Shown in pieces: positions 60,000-64,000 of a stretch of 64,000 bases of DNA (the stretch's first letter is position 1; each line of letters begins with the position of its first letter). A program made the position numbers and the translations under genes. The stretch comes from Mobula hypostoma (taxonomy: Eukaryota), in NCBI RefSeq assembly GCF_963921235.1, contig NC_086108.1, forward strand, positions 81,222,001-81,286,000, written 5' to 3'. The notes under the pieces are model-generated. The model was not told the DNA's origin, did not search any database, and saw only the letters and a program-made list of their open reading frames with translations.

Positions 60000-62954
60000 A
60001 GTCGGTAGTATTAATCTCTACGATCAGTTAATTGAGTCCACAGACTGTAATTAGAATTAATTCCATCAATTTATCCAGTGTGCGCAGTTTGAATTTTTAT
60101 ATCATTTGCCAGGCAGTTTTCATGGTTAAGGGCTTTGAGGAACTGAATTTGGAAAGGGTAAAGTGATCAATGATCTGGTGAATGAAGGTTATTGGAAGGG
60201 GCATTTAAAACAGCAGAAATGCAGAATAGTAGTAGAGTTGCAGACGATAATTCTGCAATGAATAAATACTCCGCCTGTATTTATGAGCCACATCGATAGA
60301 GAGTGAAGTATGGGCATCCTCCATGAAGAAGTCTGAGCAGGACTTTAGAATGGAAGTTGCACAAGAGGGGACTTGTAAATGATAGCAAAATGCTGAAGGC
60401 AACAAGGTGAATTTTAATTCAGAAAATTAGGTAGGTTGGATGATGCCAGTGGTTATAGTTCAAAAATCTATGAAAAGAATCAAACTCACCACAAACTTGT
60501 GATGGGAAGAGGATTAAGATTCATAATGAATAATCTGCTTATGATAATTGGTTTGGACATTTAAATATTATATTATGCTTATCTTTATTTTATCGTTGAA
60601 TGTATATTCAATGAATTAAACTAAAGTTTTCCAGGCTTGGCTCCTGCTTGAGAAGCTGAGTTCATAGCAGCCATTTGAACAAAGAACAACCCAAAAAGCT
60701 ACTTAGGATTTAGTAGATCCATATGACCTGTCCTCTCTTCCACTGGTCATTGACAGACCCTTTGTTCCAAACATGATCAAAAACAGGAACCTGCACTGGG
60801 GTCACTTCTCAAACACTGGGATTTTCCTGCCTGTTACTAGACTCCACACATGGTTATGAGCAGGCACCCATGACTATAACAGATCTTACCCCTGCATTTG
60901 AAAACCCCTCCTTGCAATAAGATTTTTTGTGTTTTTCCTCACCTATTAATTAGAACCCATTCCTTGTAGTCCTCAAACTGGTCATGGATTCGTGATGGCC
61001 AATTATAAAAAAAAACTAAGTCCTCTATTTGAGATTTCCTGAACTCATAACAGGTTTCACAACCAAAACTTACCTCCAAAGTATACTCCAGCCAAGTGGA
61101 TACATGGGGTTAAGATTAGCAATATCAAGGACACTAAATAACATTAGATACCACTGGATAGAATGTGGACAGTGAAACTTTGAATGAGCTATAATTTAGG
61201 TTTCTTTTGTAAAGTTAACAAGAAAGATACTGGGGGTGTTGACAGTTTTAGTTAGGAGGAAGTTGCATATTAATGAATGAGACTATTGGGCTTGAACAAA
61301 AAATTCTAAATACATTTCCAATCTGAAAGTATGCTTTGAGATTTTTATTTTAAAAGTTATTTTATTTCATAAGGACAAGGCATAATGCTAAACTATTAGT
61401 TTACTTTCAGTGTTGAAGAGGCTGCCATGATGTAATGTCGCAATGCTATGACTTCGATAGCAAGCAATGTAGTAATAGAAATTATGCCAAGAATGTCACA
61501 AATGCTTTAAGATGGGAAGAGGTTTCATCCCCCAACAGCTATTAAGCTCATCACATTTTCCTTGTTGTTTATATTCATAATGTATATATTGTATTGATTT
61601 ATTTTGATCTTTTAAACTTTTTTTTATCCATAAGGGTGATTTCCATAGTAACTGTGTTACTATGGAAACTATTAGATCTTTACTTGACAAAATAGCAATC
61701 ATTGTCACAATCATTGATTTCTTAAGGTGGCTGTAATTTCATATCAGCAAAACAAAGAACATTGTTGTATGTACAAGCTACTAAATGCTCCTTTAAGGTT
61801 GAAGAGTTTGCTAAAACTATAAGAGAACATGTCATCTGATTACCTCTTGTAATAGCATTATTACCATGCTTTGGTTCTCATTTAAGATCTGATGGCCAAG
61901 TTATGTTTGCTTAATGCTCTGTCTAAGTGAGATAAGGTGATGGTCAGCTACACTGGTATAGAAGGACCCACAAGAACACATTAAAATTTGCTTTCAGTAT
62001 CCAAAATAACCATCAACAAAGTGAAGTGAGGAACCAAAGAAACCTAAAACATATTTTCCAAACTCAGCAGCCATAGTATTACCAATACTCTCAGATGATC
62101 GAAATAATCAAATGTAGATTTTACACTATCACCTGAACTTTTGAAGGATCGGTGCTGTTGGCTTCACCTAAGCAGATTACAAAACAACAAGATAAAATGA
62201 TCTTGTCAGATTGTTTATAAATAGGACAGATATGCTTCCATTATCACAACTCAACTGTTGGTTGGATTGTGATCCAACCAAGGCCGTAATAAGGTTGCTC
62301 CATTAGCAATCCAGCACGGTGGTTTCAAAATTTATAGTCAAGTTGAGAATTTTTCTTCAGTTTTTCAAAATATCCAAAAAAAAACACATTATTGGTGTAA
62401 TGAGCCAAATTTTATGCAAGGTTCCTCCTGCTTTTACTCAATCTAGACTACTTATACTTATATCATTATAGTTGACAGTTGTGCGTTTTGAGATGGGCTA
62501 GTCAACAAAACTGTGACAAACAAAGTGATCTAGCAAGGACAGTTAATGCTATGCCTGCCAGCAAGAGGATAGAATCAGGCATCAGCTGAGACAGGTAAAT
62601 GGGTCAAATCAGGAAGACGCCCAGTAATAAATTAGCCTGTAAGGTAGATCAACGAGTTTAGGAAAGGGGATACAAGAGAGAATTGGATTTCATGCAAATA
62701 ATGACTGATGATAGCTCCTTTCTTTGTTGTACGTCATGTCCAGAATGCCATATACCATTCTTCGCTGAATGTTCCCTGGCACTCAATGCAACCCATTCTG
62801 GACATCCCAGAGCTCTTTATACCCAATGAATGCTCTTAGCATGTACTGCAGGGAACACAGTAGCTGGTTTGTGCACAGTAACTAATTTGTGCATGGTAAG
62901 CTCCCATAAACAGCATTACATACATGACCGAATAATCTTGTTTTTTGGAGTCAG

Positions 62955-63420
62955 AGACCAATACAGCATAGAAACAGGCCCTTTAGCCCAACTTGTTCAT
63001 GAATCTGAATCAGAATCAGCTATAATATCACAGGCACACGTCCTGAAATTTGTTGTTTTGTGGCAGCAGTACATTGCAATATGTAACAAAAAATCTATAA
63101 CTTACAATAGGTATATATAAAAAATTAAATTAAAAAAGAGGAAAAAAAGTAGTGATGTAGTGCTCATTTCCATTCAGGGATCTGATGGCAGAGGGGATGC
63201 TGCTGTTCCTGAAACAGTGACTGTGTGTTTTCAGGCTCCTATACCTCCTTGACGGTAGCAATGAGAACGGGGCATATCCTAGGTGATGGGGTCCTTGGTG
63301 ATGGATGCCACCTTTCTGAGGCATCGCCTTTTTGCCAGCCATGGTGCCCTCCATGCAAATCCTATTTGCCTGCATTTAGGTAATTTCTAAGCCCCTACAA
63401 CCCGAATACTTACCCAAATC
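62955..63420 (-). mobile_element. CR1 3' end interrupted by a Rex1/Babar 3' fragment (63001-63332)
   Basis: CR1 sequence acagcatagaaacaggccctttagcccaacttgttcat stops at the Rex tail gaatctgaatcagaatcag. The Rex part encodes PSRRYRSLKTHSHCFRNSSIPSAIRSLNG. CR1 resumes at gccagccatggtgccc..cctatttgcctgcattt. Confidence 0.75.
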
Positions 63421-63519
63421 CAAACCCTTATAATGTTGTTCAGGAGATAAACATTACTTTGTACAAAGGTACACCAGCTTGCATTATTCCTCAAAAAGTC
63501 TCAGAGAATAAAAAAATAA

Positions 63520-64000
63520 ACGGGCAGACTATTATTTAAATGGGGAAAGAATTCAAAGTTCTGAGATGCAACGGGACTTGGGAGTCCTCATACAGGATAC
63601 CCTTAAAGTTAACCTCCAGGTTGAGTCAGTAGTGAAGGAGGCGAATGCAATGTTGGCATTCATTTCTAGAGGAATAGAGTATAGGAGCAGGGATGCGATG
63701 TTGAGGCTCTATAAGGCGCTGGTGAGACCTCACTTGGAGTACTGTGGGCAGTTTTGGTCTCCTTATTTAAGAAAGGATGTGCTGACGTTGGAGAGGGTAC
63801 AGAGAAGATTCACTAGAATGATTCCGGGAATGAGGAGGTTAACATATGAGGAACTTTTGTCCGCTCTTGGACTGTAGTCCTTGGAGTTTAGAAGAATGAG
63901 GGGAGACCTCATAGAAACATTTCGAATGTTAAAAGGCATGGACAGAGTGGATGTGGCAAAGTTGTTTCCCATGATGGGGGAGTCTAGTACGAGAGGGCAT
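63520..64000 (+). mobile_element. CR1 LINE ORF2 3' portion, runs off the window end
   Basis: QRDLGVLIQDTLKVNLQV..LYKALVRPHLEYCGQFWSPYLRKDV..ERVQRRFTRMIPG, with an in-frame stop at 63875. Confidence 0.93.

Overview
This window is repeat-rich, AT-rich eukaryotic non-coding DNA. The repeat repertoire (CR1 LINE 3' ends, Rex1/Babar LINEs, V-domain HE1-like SINE, Deu-domain SacSINE1-like SINEs, Penelope-like terminal repeats) points to a cartilaginous fish, probably a ray; this is inferred from recalled repeat families, not from a search. I cannot support any host protein-coding gene, tRNA, rRNA or CRISPR array. The only recognisable protein sequence is transposon-derived: a disrupted CR1 reverse transcriptase (58267-59645), Rex1 ORF C-termini, an RTE C-terminus and a mariner transposase C-terminus. 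The best structural signals are: (1) minimal type I hammerhead ribozyme motifs in Penelope-like repeats, with one near-intact core at 56909-56946 and stem covariation between two families; (2) a 567-bp palindromic mariner MITE built from two transposase 3' ends, with a Penelope palindrome inserted at its right end; (3) a 359-bp bipartite non-autonomous RTE element with a 14-bp TSD and a possibly pseudoknotted 5' RNA; (4) a ~63-copy 31-bp satellite with a 27-unit internal duplication; (5) a CpG-rich ~655-bp retroposon with a YY1-like head; (6) several unique-looking, homeodomain/TCF/MEIS motif-rich blocks that may be conserved enhancers. I found no evidence of a wholly new multi-gene system. 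Boundaries of decayed repeats are approximate.
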